Assembly: GCA_965645245.1 (NCBI GenBank) | Contig: OZ287081.1 | Coordinates: 1,550,001 to 1,614,000, forward strand | Direction of reading: 5' to 3' | DNA length: 64,000 bases | Origin: Massalongia carnosa | Taxonomy: Eukaryota | Shown here: positions 13,660-26,945 of the stretch, piece by piece | How positions within the stretch are numbered: position 1 is the stretch's first letter | Layout of the letters: each line of letters opens with the position of its first letter | Position numbers and translations under genes: made by a program | The notes under the pieces: generated by a model | What the model saw: the letters and a program-made list of their open reading frames with translations, nothing else | The model's database searches: none | What the model was told of the DNA's origin: nothing

Positions 13660-14633
13660 TCATCTTAAATATAGACTGAGCAGATACATGAAGATTAAAA
13701 ACACTAAAGCAGCGGCTGGACCCTTGAGTAGCTGATAGACTTCGCTATCTACAAGCGCTTTGATCCTCTGATCGGTCTCCTGCTTGTCATTCCCAACCGG
13801 GAACTTCGAATAGGGGACTTCTTCCCCTAAGAACCTGCATATTGGGTGCCAGCCATCTGTTACATGATATTCAAGAAGGGTTTCTTTTGGGAACAACGAA
13901 TGAACGCAGTCATAATGCTCTTAGAACCTTCTTTGCCCGTGCTTTTGAAATCACCGTCAAAGTAATCTATTAAGACGTGCATAAACATTGGCCGAGTGAA
14001 CAGATTTGGATACCAGGTCAGCCAAGCTAAATAAGATACAACCAGGGGTTAAGATCTTGTTGTAAAGTGCGTTGATGACGGAAATGGATTCGCCTTGTCA
14101 GCGTGGTAACCTTCTCGAATATACCTTACTGTAATGTGAACGAGATAACTCACTCATGCCAGCTGTTAACATCACGCATGCTCAAAATGACCTTGGCTTC
14201 GGGATATGCCATGATGAGCTCCTCTGGGAAACACACCGCTGGAACACCAGTCACAGCCTGGTAAAATCAGCAAGCGGGAGCCGACTTAGAATAGCTGGGA
14301 CCATGTTAGCAGATCTCACTTGGCAATGTCCCAGTAGGCTATCAAATTTCTCTCGGCCGTATGGCTGGCCCTGACCATCGAATTTTGCGCGCATTGCCTC
14401 CAACCACAGCTTACAGCCCCGAGGGTTTTCGCAGGCGGCTGCGTAGCCGTGGTAGGTATCAACCTAGCATGGCTGCACAAGAGCCTTTCTGATTGCTGCC
14501 GCTGCTTGTAGGTACGAAATGACATAACGTAGTCTGACAATCCGTTCCAGTCCGACTTGATCCCAAGAACTTGCATCGGGACCACTGGTGTACATCCTCG
14601 CCGGTCAATGTTGATTGGAAACTTGCGAGCCAT
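13660..14633 (-). pseudogene. Disrupted fungal P-loop sulfotransferase-like (Sulfotransfer_4-type) gene
   Basis: Fragments PMQVLG / SRTGTD lie in different frames. In-frame TAG at 14464-14466 in ALVQPC*VDTYHG. Another frameshift near 13920 before EHYDCVHSLFPKETLLEYHVTDGWHPICRFLG. Confidence 0.75.
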
Positions 14634-15822
14634 AACCATTGAATGCTATAGAAGGGAGTATCATTAAGCTGGGAGCCTACAAGGAGGATCTCAGGCTTGT
14701 CATGGAAGGTCTATATTCACATAGGATTCGCTGGATTGTGGTTTCTTTCACGGTCCTTCTTATCCATACTTAGGGTTACACTTTTGGCCACACATGTTAA
14801 TAAAAGATAGCTACTTCGAAAATATTTCTGGTGCATCTTTATGTCTCAGTTGGCGGAGAAACAACTGATTCTGCAGGCAGATCATGGGAGCATTGTTGAA
14901 TATGGTGCAGGCTAGGCCCATCCAAACCTCGAGCTTTCCCGCTATGTTGACCTTGTTCAGGTCTTATTGCCCAGCCATCGCGGAAGTATTCGTGATTATC
15001 CTACCAAAGGAGGTTGAGATGACGCTTCCTGTACTCTGTACGTGTTTGGATCACTTCCTAGCCCATCCATGGCAGAATTGATCTTATCAACGAATATAAG
15101 AGGTTAGGACTGCAAGCTACAAGGAGCGCATTAGACTCGGTTTCACAGCCCAGTTTCACCATCACTTCTACAGCAATCTTGATACTGAAAGAAGAGAGTG
15201 CATCCTTAGTGCATTTTTGTTATGAATGGGATATAATGCATTTAAAGTGTCATCTGGCTCATGCACAGTTAAAATTGACTGCATTTTGCTTTGTTTCTTT
15301 TTTCTTTTTTTCTTTTCTTTTCTCTATCACGAGTCTAGACTACTAACATTGTCTAGCCAACCAATCTGGCGTTAGCTACGGAGTACCTGGGCAGTCAAAC
15401 CGCTGACTAAGACGATCGGCGTTGCTCGTGTGCTAAATCCAGAGGAAAAGAATTAGGGGATGCGTATCGTACATGTCATTAAGCAAGCCACATTCCCTAG
15501 CGGCTCAGCACATTCATTCTCCTTCTTAGCTTGTTGTTCCCAATTTGTACTCTTGGATCGCTTCATCCCATTGCTCTAACGCTTCATGATGTCGCTACAT
15601 AGTTATTCGTGATTAAATCAAGATTCGAGGGGGACGTTAGGCTGAATTGTGACGTTTGCACTTTGCTGGCTCCCCATAAATAAAACAAGCTTTGATCTTT
15701 CTATATTTTATTATTCCACTGGTAAGGGCACTCGACAGCTTTACCTTCCCACTAATCTCAACATCGTCGACCTTCGGATTTAAAAAACGACATCAGCAAA
15801 TTTCTCGTGGACAAGATTTCGA

Positions 15823-17588
15823 ATGGAAGATTTAATCCTCGAAAGCCCCTCTACCCATCTACCGGCATCCAAAACACAGCTCAAGTGTCATCTACGACTC
15901 TCTGACCGAAGACGAGCTAATTCGACCACCAAGCCATACCGAGTTCAAGAACCTGACGGAGGGCCAGAGGAATTGCAGATTCTAGCCCAGCAGCCAGAAG
16001 GCGATGCGAGTATCTCCCTTCCAGAGAAGACTAGTCTCTCATGGGGCCGCTGGGGCGGCGGATCATGGTTGTCCGCGGCAGGCTGCGCCTTGATCATCAC
16101 ACTCTGTCCCTTGCTAGTCATTTTCCTTTGGATTGCGCTGGAGCATTTTCAAGGCTCTCTCGCTGCAGCTCTTTCGGCATGCTGGTCCGAGGGTGCAATA
16201 TCATTGACCCTTCGTTTGGCTCCGCGAGTAAATATTCACACGTGCGCTGGCTATGTAATTTGGCTCTCTCTACAAGCGACTCTCTTCACGTTCTTGCCTG
16301 GTCAAATCAGCTTAGGGCAGCTTACTCCTGCGGGTAGCCTACTCAAGTATAAGACCAATGGTCTATCTGCATGGTGGGTAACCCATATTCTTGCTATCGG
16401 CGCAGTAGCTACCGGATTCCTTAATTCTGCGATTTTGGCAGTACATTGGGAGAGTATACTTGTAGCTGCGAACATGTATGGCATCCTGCTACCCATCTTC
16501 TGCTATTTGAAGGCTTATCTTGCGCCGACATATCCTAAAGACCGAAAATTCAGTGGTTAGATTTTCTTTGTCCGTTCATGGGAAAGGAGTGACTGATATA
16601 ACATAGGATCTTTGTTGTATGACTTCTACATGGGTATCGAGTTGAACCCACGTTTTGGACAGTCTTGGGACTTCAAATTATTCCACAATGGCCGTCCAGG
16701 AATTGTCGCTTGGACGCTGATGTACGTGTTCGTTTTCCATAGGGATTTACTCTGGGGTACCAGCTTCTAAACCGAGAAAACCTAACAATGCTCTATAGTG
16801 ATCTGTCCTATGTAGCACGCCAATATCAACTCCATGGGTTTGTCGATAACTCTATCATAATCGTCAGCATCTTGCACGCAACCTATGTAGTGGATTTCTT
16901 CCTTAACGAAGACTGGTGCCTTCACCTAGCCCGCAGTCCCGTAAACCTTAGCTGAACTTCTAGGTAGGTATCTCCGCACGATCGACATCAGCCACGATCA
17001 TTTTGGATTCTACCTAGCCTGGGGCTCGGTAGTATGGCTTCCCGCGGTCTACACCCTTCAAACGCAGTATCTCGCTCGATACCCGGTGCATCTTGCGCCC
17101 TGGACCGCCGCCGCAATCCTCTTCGCCGGTCTCGCCGGCTACATGCTCTTCCGCTCCGCCAACCATCAGAAACTTCTCGCGCGCCGCACAAATGGGAGCT
17201 GCAAGATCTGGAATCGCAAAGCTGAGTACGTTCGCTGCGCCTTCACCACAGCAGACAACCGTACGCACGTCTCGCTTCTGCTGTGCTCGGGTAGAATTTT
17301 CCCAAACCCCACCTGCAAGACGTGGCACCCCTAAGCTAACATGTTTTGCCAGGATGGTGGGGAACTGTTCGCCACGCGAACTATACTGGTGACCTCATCC
17401 TCGCGTATGCTATGTGTGCCACATGTGGGAGCACGCACTTGCTCCCCTGGACGTATGCGCTGTTCATGACCGTGCTGCTAGTGCATCGCGTTTATCGCGA
17501 CGAGGCGCGTTGCAAGGGGAAGTATGGCGAGCAGTGGACTCGGTATTGCGAGAAAGTCCGGTGGAAGCTCATTCCAGGGGTGTTTTGA
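15823..17588 (+). CDS. DHCR7: 7-dehydrocholesterol (sterol Delta7) reductase, ERG4/ERG24/DHCR7 family, multi-exon
   Basis: Spliced peptide [67 protein letters not shown] matches DHCR7-type motifs. C-terminal [12 protein letters not shown] and HR..RDEARC..KYG. Confidence 0.88.
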
Positions 17589-18783
17589 CAGGGTCTGTGA
17601 TGGCTGCGGGGGGGGTGGGGAAAGGGGGACGGAAGTGTGGCCTGCGTGGAGTCTGTCATGTGGCGGGGACTCGTTATTCAGCTGTTCGGATTCAACAGGC
17701 TCTCGGTGCTGGATCCCTATAATTATTAAGTAAGCCATCTTCACTCCCAAGCAGGAAAGTGGGCAAGAGCGTGGAAAAGCACGAGAGGGAGGGCGGAGCA
17801 ATCTGGTTCAAGAAGCGGAGTGGGCGATCGCGGTAATTTACATCTGAATCAAATAATCTAGAAGCAAACATACAGAGAGAGGTGAGGGTTTACGGTACTT
17901 CGGTGACTAGATAGGTATAGGTATTTACACCAAATTAATTTAGACGCAGCAGCTTTTTTAAGACGGCCCTCTTTAGAGTGACTCGAAAGTGTTCCAGAAC
18001 GGGTTCAAAGCCTGCGGATGGGCTGGGGGGGTGGGCGGGATATTCCTCTCCTACGTAGATCTTCTCCCTCTCTCTTTCATTTTCTCTTTTGAAACAAATG
18101 GGATTTGGGGTTAGGGGGCGGGTACATAAGTTCTGGGGTTCCGTAAGTTGGTGGGTTGGCCCAGCCAAACACACGAAAGGGAACAACAAAAACATGGCAC
18201 GAGCTGTGTGCCCTGCTATGCTCGAAAACACATCTCGTAATTCCGAACCCTTGGGTTCCAGGGGAATCGGGGGGGGGTGGTAAAATAGGAGATAGAATAG
18301 GTAGATTAGAAGAGAAGAAAAAAAAGGGAGAACGAAGGCGATAGACGGCTACTCACGTGAACCGAACGGAATAAAAGAGGCGAGAAAAAGCTAGATCCCT
18401 AGATATGCACACATATAGATAGATATGTAATCGCACTTGAGCTTGGACGGGAAACGCCGTCAGGGGCCTTGGCTATGTACTTTACTTGTCGCCGCCCGCG
18501 CACAAGTCAGGGCATGGGATGGGGTTCGCTTGAGAGAATGAAAGTTTTATATAGAAAGAATCTTGAGGAAGTGGGTTGGGTCCGGGAAAGTTTTGTTGTT
18601 ATTGTTGATATTGCGCGCAGCGGGGGGGGGAGGGGAGAGAAAGATATTGGGATGATCGGGTAGGTAGGATGGTAGAAAGGTATTTTAAAATTACATCTAT
18701 TCCCTGAACTGAAATGGATAGCTTCAAGGGAAATCTGGTATGAAACACCCTCGCTCACAGCCGCAACGCCTGAGGAAAGGTCC

Positions 18784-20032
18784 TTAAAGCTGCACTTCGC
18801 TAAAGCTAGCCTGGTCCCCTGGGCTCTTCCTTCCCTCCTCGTCCGACCCGCCCGGCTGTGGCGAAAGCACACCCAAACCGTTCCTCGACGTTGGGGCGCC
18901 CTGCTCCTTGGGAGACGGAGTTGCAGGGTCGTCGGCCTCGTCGTCGGAGGTGGCGGTGGCGGCACGGTAGGAATTCTGCGGCGTATCTTTTGCGGGCGGT
19001 GGGGGCGCATGTTCGTCGCTATTTGGGGTGACCGATGTATCGCTGGTGGTGCTGGCTGCTTGGATCGGGGTGCGCTGGGGACTGGGTTGGCGCTCCGGAC
19101 GGTCGCGGGGAGCGACCTGTTGCCGCAATAGGATTGACTGTTGCTGCTGCGAGATACCTGGGCCGACTTGCCGTAAGCGTGGGTCGGCGTTCAAGTAATA
19201 GCTTCTCACGCCCATGACCCTGCCCTCGCGCTCGCAGCCCTCGACCCATTCCGGGCGCACCACAGGGATGTTCATCTCGAGCGCCTTTTCCCACTCGCGG
19301 CCACGGCCTTCGGTGCAGACGAAGTGCGTTGTATCGATCCTCACGCTGTCGGCCAGTTTGGCTCCTATCCGTCGTACAGCCGCGCTTAAGCTCTCGCGCA
19401 GAGGAGCCGGGAGGACGCCCGGGGTAACTGTGATGCCGGATAAATCCGTCATCTTGTGGGTGCGCACGGCAAGCTTTTCGCTACTGTAGTGTCCCGCTGA
19501 AGTCTTGAGCACAAGATAAAAGACATATTCGGTGTCGACTGCAAGCCCGCTGATTTTGGTCGCGGTGATTTCCAGGGGTCGCGGGATGCTCCCTGCCTTG
19601 CTGCCGTTGCGATACAGGCTTAGAGAGCGTAAGTCGGCGGTGGCAAGCTCGATAGGATCCCATTCGAGTACAACGGACGTTTGAGTGGCGTTGCGGCAGC
19701 GAAGGAGGGGTGGAGTCGGCGAGCGTTGGCCGTAGGTCGCTAGTATGGAAGATTGGAGAGCTTGAAAGCTTTTATGGGCGGCCGCCTCGGAGGCGTAATT
19801 ACGGGAGACAGTTATGTCAACGATACTGCCGGAGGAAATAGATGGAGGGAGGAGAATGGAGGGAAATTCAATCTGCGCGGGGAATGTCAATGGGGGATTG
19901 GAAAAGAGAGGGATAGGGGAAATGCCTGGGAGTAGCGTATCGACAGGAAGTGTGGCTTACTAATCTCTTGTCTTCGGTGAGAAGGACAGCAACACCAGCA
20001 TCAACTTTTCCTACGGTGAGAGAGATGAGCAT
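18784..20032 (-). CDS. CHS5: Exomer subunit Chs5 (FN3 + BRCT)
   Basis: Exon 1 MLISLTVGKVDAGVAVLLTEDKRL, intron 19873-19960, then IEFPSILLP..RNATQTSVVLEWDPI..VRIDTTHFVCTEGRGREW. Confidence 0.95.
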
Positions 20033-20701
20033 TTTAGATATATGAGATGAGAGGGGATGGGGGTTTACATACTCAAAATTGAAGTTTGCGGATCATGTTC
20101 TGATATACAATCTTTACCGATTTGTTACTGCTAGCGTTGAATTAGCATCGAAACAAGCTGATCTTAAACCCAACAACTCCTCAAACATTCTCATCTCTGT
20201 TTCCATCATACTGCCTTCGAGCGAGAAAAACATGTTATTTCATATCAGAGTGGCATACTCAGTTTTACATGGACCAGTAGTAGGAGGGTTCTTGCTCGTC
20301 TTACCGTTGCTTTGAAAGTCTATCCTCTGGTTCACAGCGCCGACTTAGAAAAACGCTTTGATTACAGGTGACGATAGAACTTTAGAGCTTAAGCTTTTCG
20401 TAATCTCTGTGTCATTTGGATGAATATCAACACCGTCGAGTTATCACATAAATCCATTGCTTCTGGAATAAGCAAATGACATTTAACGGCTGTGTTTATT
20501 CTCCTAATCCGTAACAATATTCTCAAATAGCTTCTTCTTGAATCCGTTAAGCAAATCGAAGGGGCAATAAATCAGGTTGTACAAATACAGCAACATCTCA
20601 TCCCTATATCGTCGTCCGAAAATCAAAGTCTACCACTTCAAAGCTGAGATAACCGAGCTAGCGTTCCACGGCCAAACCCATCTGAGGCAGGCTATATGCA
20701 T

Positions 20702-21120
20702 TCATCCGGTGACGCAGACGCAAGTCCTATAAACTCCATAGTTAGCAGTTATGTTATCCTGCGGCCTGAAGCGTTAGGGCAACCCACTGGCGAAAGAAAC
20801 CCTTACAATACCCTCCCGTGCGTCCTCCCTTGAGGGAGATACACTGTTAATCGCACCAATATCAGCTATCCTGAATCTAAGGTAATTTTGAGAGAATATC
20901 GTCATAGACAGGAAGTTATACATACGTGATCATTGCATTGCTGAGCAGAGAATGGGCAGCCAAAACCGCGCTTGGCAAGCTGGTTGTCTAGTTCAAAGGG
21001 GTAGGCATCTGCCTCAGCCTCGTCCAAGGGAGCGGCGTCAGCTTCGGCGCCTGGAGTTGGGACCGCGACCGCGAGGGCGAGGACGAAGGGAAAGAGGATG
21101 GCAATCTTGGAGAAATACAT
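20702..21120 (-). CDS. Secreted plectasin/micasin-like CS-alpha-beta defensin (3 exons)
   Basis: Signal peptide, acidic propeptide, KR cleavage site. Exons 21120-20926, 20843-20788 and 20726-20702 (GT-AG introns) give mature [40 protein letters not shown] with six Cys. Confidence 0.9.
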
Positions 21121-24100
21121 TTTGTATTCTGTAAGTGGTGTGGGCGGTGAGATAAGGAAAGTTTTTTAGGGGGGGGTTCTAATTGTGCTTGTCTTTAGTG
21201 CTTGTCGATGAGAGGAACGTTGACGTGGATACTGATTTCGAGAGGGAAAGGCCCCGTTCTTATAGATTTCCCTTCATTGGCTTTTCAATATTAGAAGAGC
21301 AATCTTGGTTCGTTGCGGCGTGTACACCACACAGACGATGCTTTGTTGTCTCGACACTCTAGCTGGACAAGAGGGATCGTCGTATCGCCTGAAGATCTTC
21401 ATAACGATGCTAGTATCTGATATCGTCGATGATTCTTAAGAAGGGGGCCGTGTCAGGGATTCTGCGGTTGTCTTTACTGCAAAGATAAGGTTATTTTCTT
21501 CAAGACCAATTTTTATTTCTTAATTTCCCCCAAGCCAGCTGAGCAACACGGCGTAGATTGCTAGCCAGTCGATATGCAGATCACCTTCGCTTGCGTTCAA
21601 CGGCCTGATTCAAAAATATAGTTTCTGTTGATCATCAGGTGTAAGTTTCGTCATGAAGAATGAACATAGCGTTACGCTTCTCAAAGCTTTATGTCCTAGC
21701 AGCCGCACTAGACCAACCGCATGCTTGGCAAGGCCCCATGGCCCCCATGCCATATCTTGGCCTTTGAAGAAGCTTGAAAGTGCTAAAATCTCACATTTTC
21801 ATGTCGTCGACAAGACTACCGCCACAGAGGCTTGATGTGATCTCGGACTTTGACTTCGCCCAGAAGAAGAAAAAGGCCGCTATGATTGCTATCCTTCATC
21901 AAAGCTTTCTGTAGGGCACATTCCTATTCCCGTGAACCGTTGTACTAAGTAAAGCATTAGCCATGATTTCTGATTAAGCTCCATGGACTGATTCTGTGGG
22001 TCTTTCGCTAGAATGACGATGTTGACCTATGCTTGAAAGATGGAAACGGAATGTCATACGTGTAAAGTAACCGATTTTGCCAAAGTGTTTGATATAGATC
22101 TTAGCGTCTCTTATTTTGGGGGCTACGCTTTGGGGGCTAGTCCATAGACGTTTCGGGATCTACCGTTGCAACACTATGCAGTAGTCCAAACTTGATCCTC
22201 TTCTCATACTTACTCCGAAAGAAATTGATCTTTCAAACGGCGAACATCCTCGACCTAGATTAGTGCTTTTTGTAGACGCTAACGTTTCAAGCATTTCAGC
22301 TCGATGGAACCCAATTCTAGCACTGCTAAGAAACATCAGTTCTGTGTCCTGCGAGCTTTTGTGTCGTCTGATCTAATATGCCCTAGTGTCCTGCATATAC
22401 ATTTTACACAATATCAGACAAAGTGACGTCAATTGTCATCATCATGCTGTAGATCCCATCATCGTAAGTTTACGGGAATGAAACAAATCGCGATCGTTTA
22501 CCTATTGTCGATTCGAGAGTCACCGGAAAGCCTTGAGCAACGGCATGCACAAGAATATATTTTGATAGGCTCTATGACCTACGCTCTGCCGGTAAGATCG
22601 ATGAAGCCCATGAAATTAGAAGCAAAACAGAAAAATGTCCTACTAGCTTGACTCATCTTGCATCCCACCTTGCATCGTAGTTGGTGGTATGAAGGAAGAT
22701 GAGAAAATTCTTGAAGAAAACCGTGTTGACGTCAGAGACAGATGACTTCTGCGGTGTTTTAAATATGGATTTACCCTTCACTGGTCAGTTGTACATGAAT
22801 TCTATTTTAGGAACCTTCTCATCGAGAAGACACAACGACGTGCCCGAAAGAATTCTTTCCGGTGATCACTCTAGTATGACTTCCATGCTGAGAAGAATAG
22901 AAGAGTGTTGGTGCTCTCAAGGGTGAAAGTTGCCAAGAATTGATATAGGAAGTCCGAAAAAAAAAAAGATCGTGAAAGGTAAAGCAATAGCTTAGGTTAA
23001 ATTTAAAATACTTAGATCAAATATTATGAGAGCTGTGAAGACCAAGAGATTTCTAAGGAAAATGGGATAGTGAACTTATCATCTATCTAGATGAGATATC
23101 CATATCGGATTTTAAAATCGGCCATGGGACTATTCTTAGAAATATTACCACATTGCATAAATTCTAGTTCTTTCTGTAAGCTCGATGACACTTGCGTTTT
23201 CAAAGTTAATAAGCAAAGGACTCGGATGAATAACAAAAGGCTAGACGCACAGTCTGGCGTTTCCAGAAGAAAGGTGACGAGGTACTGTATACTACTCTTT
23301 ACCTCTGCGGTGATATGATCACCTGACAAGTACCTGCGTCCAGCTTCGTACTCGGTGATCCGTAATCGGTACATGTACTTACGGAGTACGAGAAGGTAAG
23401 ATTGATTGGCAAGGGCCTGATTAGATGGAAAAGATATGAAAGATAAACGTATTCAAGACTGGTCCAGCAATCGGTTCCGCCACCGGTGCTCCGTACCTGC
23501 ATAGACGCCACAGCCACCGAAACCTCATCGCTCGTCATGCGGTGTGTCTCACCAATTTTCTTTATACAAACATCAGGTTACCAACGGAAAAACCTTACCA
23601 TCAGACTTAACAATCAATGGCGACCCAGCTGAACCTGAGGTACAGGCGATGTCTGAGTAGATGATGATTCCGAATCTAATCGGGGATTGAAAATGGAAAG
23701 TGGGGTTGCGCAAGAGCCGTTCACGTGCTTTCTTCTTTTAGGGCTTCGGCTTTTGGTGGACATGTCTGCATTTGGACAGTCGTTTGTCTTTATTGGCTCG
23801 CTTTGGCAAAGACTTTGTCTAGAAATGGATGTGAAACGAGATTGGTCTTGTCATTGGTTAATAATCAACGGCCGTCCCAAAATAAATTACCCTTAATTTG
23901 AAGCGGAAAGACCCCGAACGAGATACCTACTTCGACGCCGCTATTCCCATGTGGGTATCTAGATAGCTTGCGATAAACATAGACTTCATGTCATCCTCAA
24001 CGACATCTCAAAGCATTCTGACCGAACAGCTTCAGAAACCATCAGCACTATCTTCCCCAGAGAGGGAACGAGGCAGTGAAAAAATCAATAGACTTTGCCT

Positions 24101-24887
24101 AGCTCGCCTTTCTCGAGACTTGAAACGACATGAACGCCGATGTGTCTATCCAAGTCTCCGACTCGTGGACTTCATGTCTTGGTCCCTGCTAGAGATAACG
24201 ACTCTCAGATAGCGGAGCCAACTCGTTCCCCCACACATCTATACCTGTTCCTGGCCCATTGACACATTAGCTACTCTCGGCAATGGTCAAGTAACTGGCT
24301 GCTAATGTGCTGCGGCTGCTCGATATGCTATCTATGTGCATACCAAGTATCTAGACAATGCAGGGCACCATGATTTTTCAATGGCGGTCCAATGGTATCA
24401 TATGGGATAGATTCAATTTGATGGGTTATGTTAGTCTACCTAAGCCAACTGGATGAAATTAAAATTGTCGAGCCGCTCGGTGCCCTGTCTAGTTGGAACC
24501 TGTGAGTATCTATGGAGTCTGCTATCGGCTTCTCCGTTGCGAATACCTGGACCTCACCTCAAGGCAGATCATCATAAAGGCCGTCTGAGGCCTCCGCTTT
24601 TCAAATGATCCGCTATCATTTCCTTAACAGCTAATGCATCACGCTCACAAATCATCGTTCATCCTCATCTGTTTCCACCCCCCCACCCCGTTGTTGTTTC
24701 CTATTTTGCCACTTTTTTCACTCATTGCTAATTTGATACTTGCGCTGCTCCCTCTTCTACCTTGTTCGATCGAACTTCGGGTCAAGCAACCTTAAACAGC
24801 ATTTGTATAACCCTACAAGGAATTAACTTGACCTTCTATAGCACCTACTTTCAGTCTATATAATTTCGAGCACTTCCCGTCGGTTCA

Positions 24888-26043
24888 ATGGCTCATCAGA
24901 CTCCTTCTAAAGATCTAAAAGGCAAAGCTCAAGACGACCTAGCATCCACGGATCTATCCACCAGACAACAATTAGCAGCAGGAACCCTCAGGTACTTTGC
25001 AACAACCGTAAAACCATCGTCTCCATATATATCGCCGTACGCCCAACCCGTTGAGAGCCGAAAATCAAAGTTGCTCTCTCTCGAAAACCAGCAATCTGAG
25101 TCAACAATATTTCCATATAAAAGCCGCGGAGAAGGCCCATTAATCGAAGAAGCCGCTCTACCAGCTGCCTCATCAGCCTCGTCCTCGTCATCTCGATCCA
25201 GCTCTGTCTACAGCTCTCCTGAATCTCAATATTATCCACTCGCCACGTCAAGAATCATGAGTACATCTAAGAATATCACTGCGGTAAGTAGCTTTTGACG
25301 TGTGCCGATGCCTTCCCAAGTTCTTTCTATTGCTTTAATCTCAATACTGGTGTGGCCAAAGACTGTCGTTTTTGTCTGGAATTGCATGTAGTCTCTATTC
25401 ACCTGTCAGATCTCACCGCTCTTTAGCAAGCGAATACGAAGTAAAATTACTAAACAGCTACATTATAGACCGAAAAAGCTCAATTGATCCGATCGCTACA
25501 AACGCACAAAGTCAACACGCTTACCGAACTTCGTCGAATCGAAAAGACGTTCGCATCGGTCACCTCCGCTGACGCCACAGAAGCCATGACCGATGCCTGG
25601 GCCCACTACGTCAATTCGAACAATCTGCTTAGCGAGCTTCGCGCTTTAACCAAAAACTATCCCTTCAGCTCAGAATGCCTGGATGAAGCCAAATGGCAAG
25701 TCATCAGCGACCCTGCTAGCACCCGCAGCTGGAACTACTGCTGGCTGGTATTGACGAAAATCCGCAAAGAGTAAGTGAAAGTTACACCCCCATTACATCT
25801 AGCCCCGCGAATGACGTCGCAATCCTACTTGACAGGATTAGTGGCTAACCAGTGTGGCTCTACAGAGGGCTTATCGCCAAGCATGCGCGTCTCTTAGCTG
25901 TCAAGCCTGCCATGTGGGGCGGCCGCACGCCAACAGCCGCAGGAGTCGAAAAGCTCGCCACCGCCTGTGTGGCTGAGTGGACCCGTGCTTTGGACCAGAT
26001 GCTACGAAACTGGACCTCGCCGCCCAGCTTGACGGGTCGATAG
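24888..26043 (+). CDS. Hypothetical protein (3 exons); start could instead be 25257
   Basis: Phase-compatible GT-AG introns 25284-25468 and 25771-25865 join three ORF-track fragments (RSLQTHKVNTLTELRRIEK..RSWNYCWLVL..WTRALDQMLRNW). Confidence 0.7.
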
Positions 26044-26906
26044 AGGTATGCATCGATATAGTACTCGCAGCTCTAGATTCCGGCTCTCGGCCATGAAGCG
26101 AGATTCCGCTTGGACATTTTTTTCCCTTCATGTTTTTGCATAGCGTGGACTCGTTGGTTTAGGATTTTACAGCATAGCGAGGGGGAGTTTTGTTTTTATC
26201 GCACGATCGTTTTCTCAGCATACCACACTTCCTCTATTGCATTGTATAGGTGTTTTTTGGGGGTTTCGGTGCATTAAGTAATGGCGTTTTTTGTTGTACT
26301 ATTTGGGCTGAGCATTCATTGTTGCTTCTGCATACTTTCTTTCATGGCATAACATAGCGATTGGTGTTTTGGGTTGTTCGGCATGGTAATGGGCTTTTAT
26401 TTTTGCAGATTTCTAGACTATACACGTGACCGGGTCTGACACTGGCACTCACGTTTGCAGAGCTCACACTTTCACATCTTCTTCTCCTCCGCATGAAAGA
26501 CCTAGGTACATTGAGATTCATCCATCTCTTCTCTTCAATTTTCTTTCCTCGTTCGAACCGCTTTGCCACAAGAAGCCGACATAGCCGGAATAACGCATCG
26601 GGAGAAGGAGGACATAAAAATCGTATATTTATTCAGCCAACATGATGGAGCCCACGAATTACCGACTCGACTAATCAAGTTTCATCCACTTAAGTTAGCC
26701 TCCTATGGCATGCGCTACAGAAAACCCCTATGGTAGGTCCTTCATCCACTTCATAGCCCTACTATAAGGCAGGCGTGACCATCATGTACACAGCTCAGGT
26801 AGGTGGCACCTGGGTAGACTAGATTCTGTAAATTAATCACCTACCTACGCTACGATATATAATCGCGCCGCCACTTCCAAATATAACTTTAACCGTCCTT
26901 GAAAAA

Positions 26907-26945
26907 TGATGATAATAATAATAATAATAATAATAATGATAATCA
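26907..26945. repeat. (ATA/ATG)n microsatellite
   Basis: Run of gataataataataataataataataatgataat. Confidence 0.85.

Noticed and set aside
22950..23763. Possible decayed minus-strand gene (fragments TDCWTSLE, EYEAGRRYL)
   Set aside because: Interrupted by stops, no family recognised and no consistent exon model.
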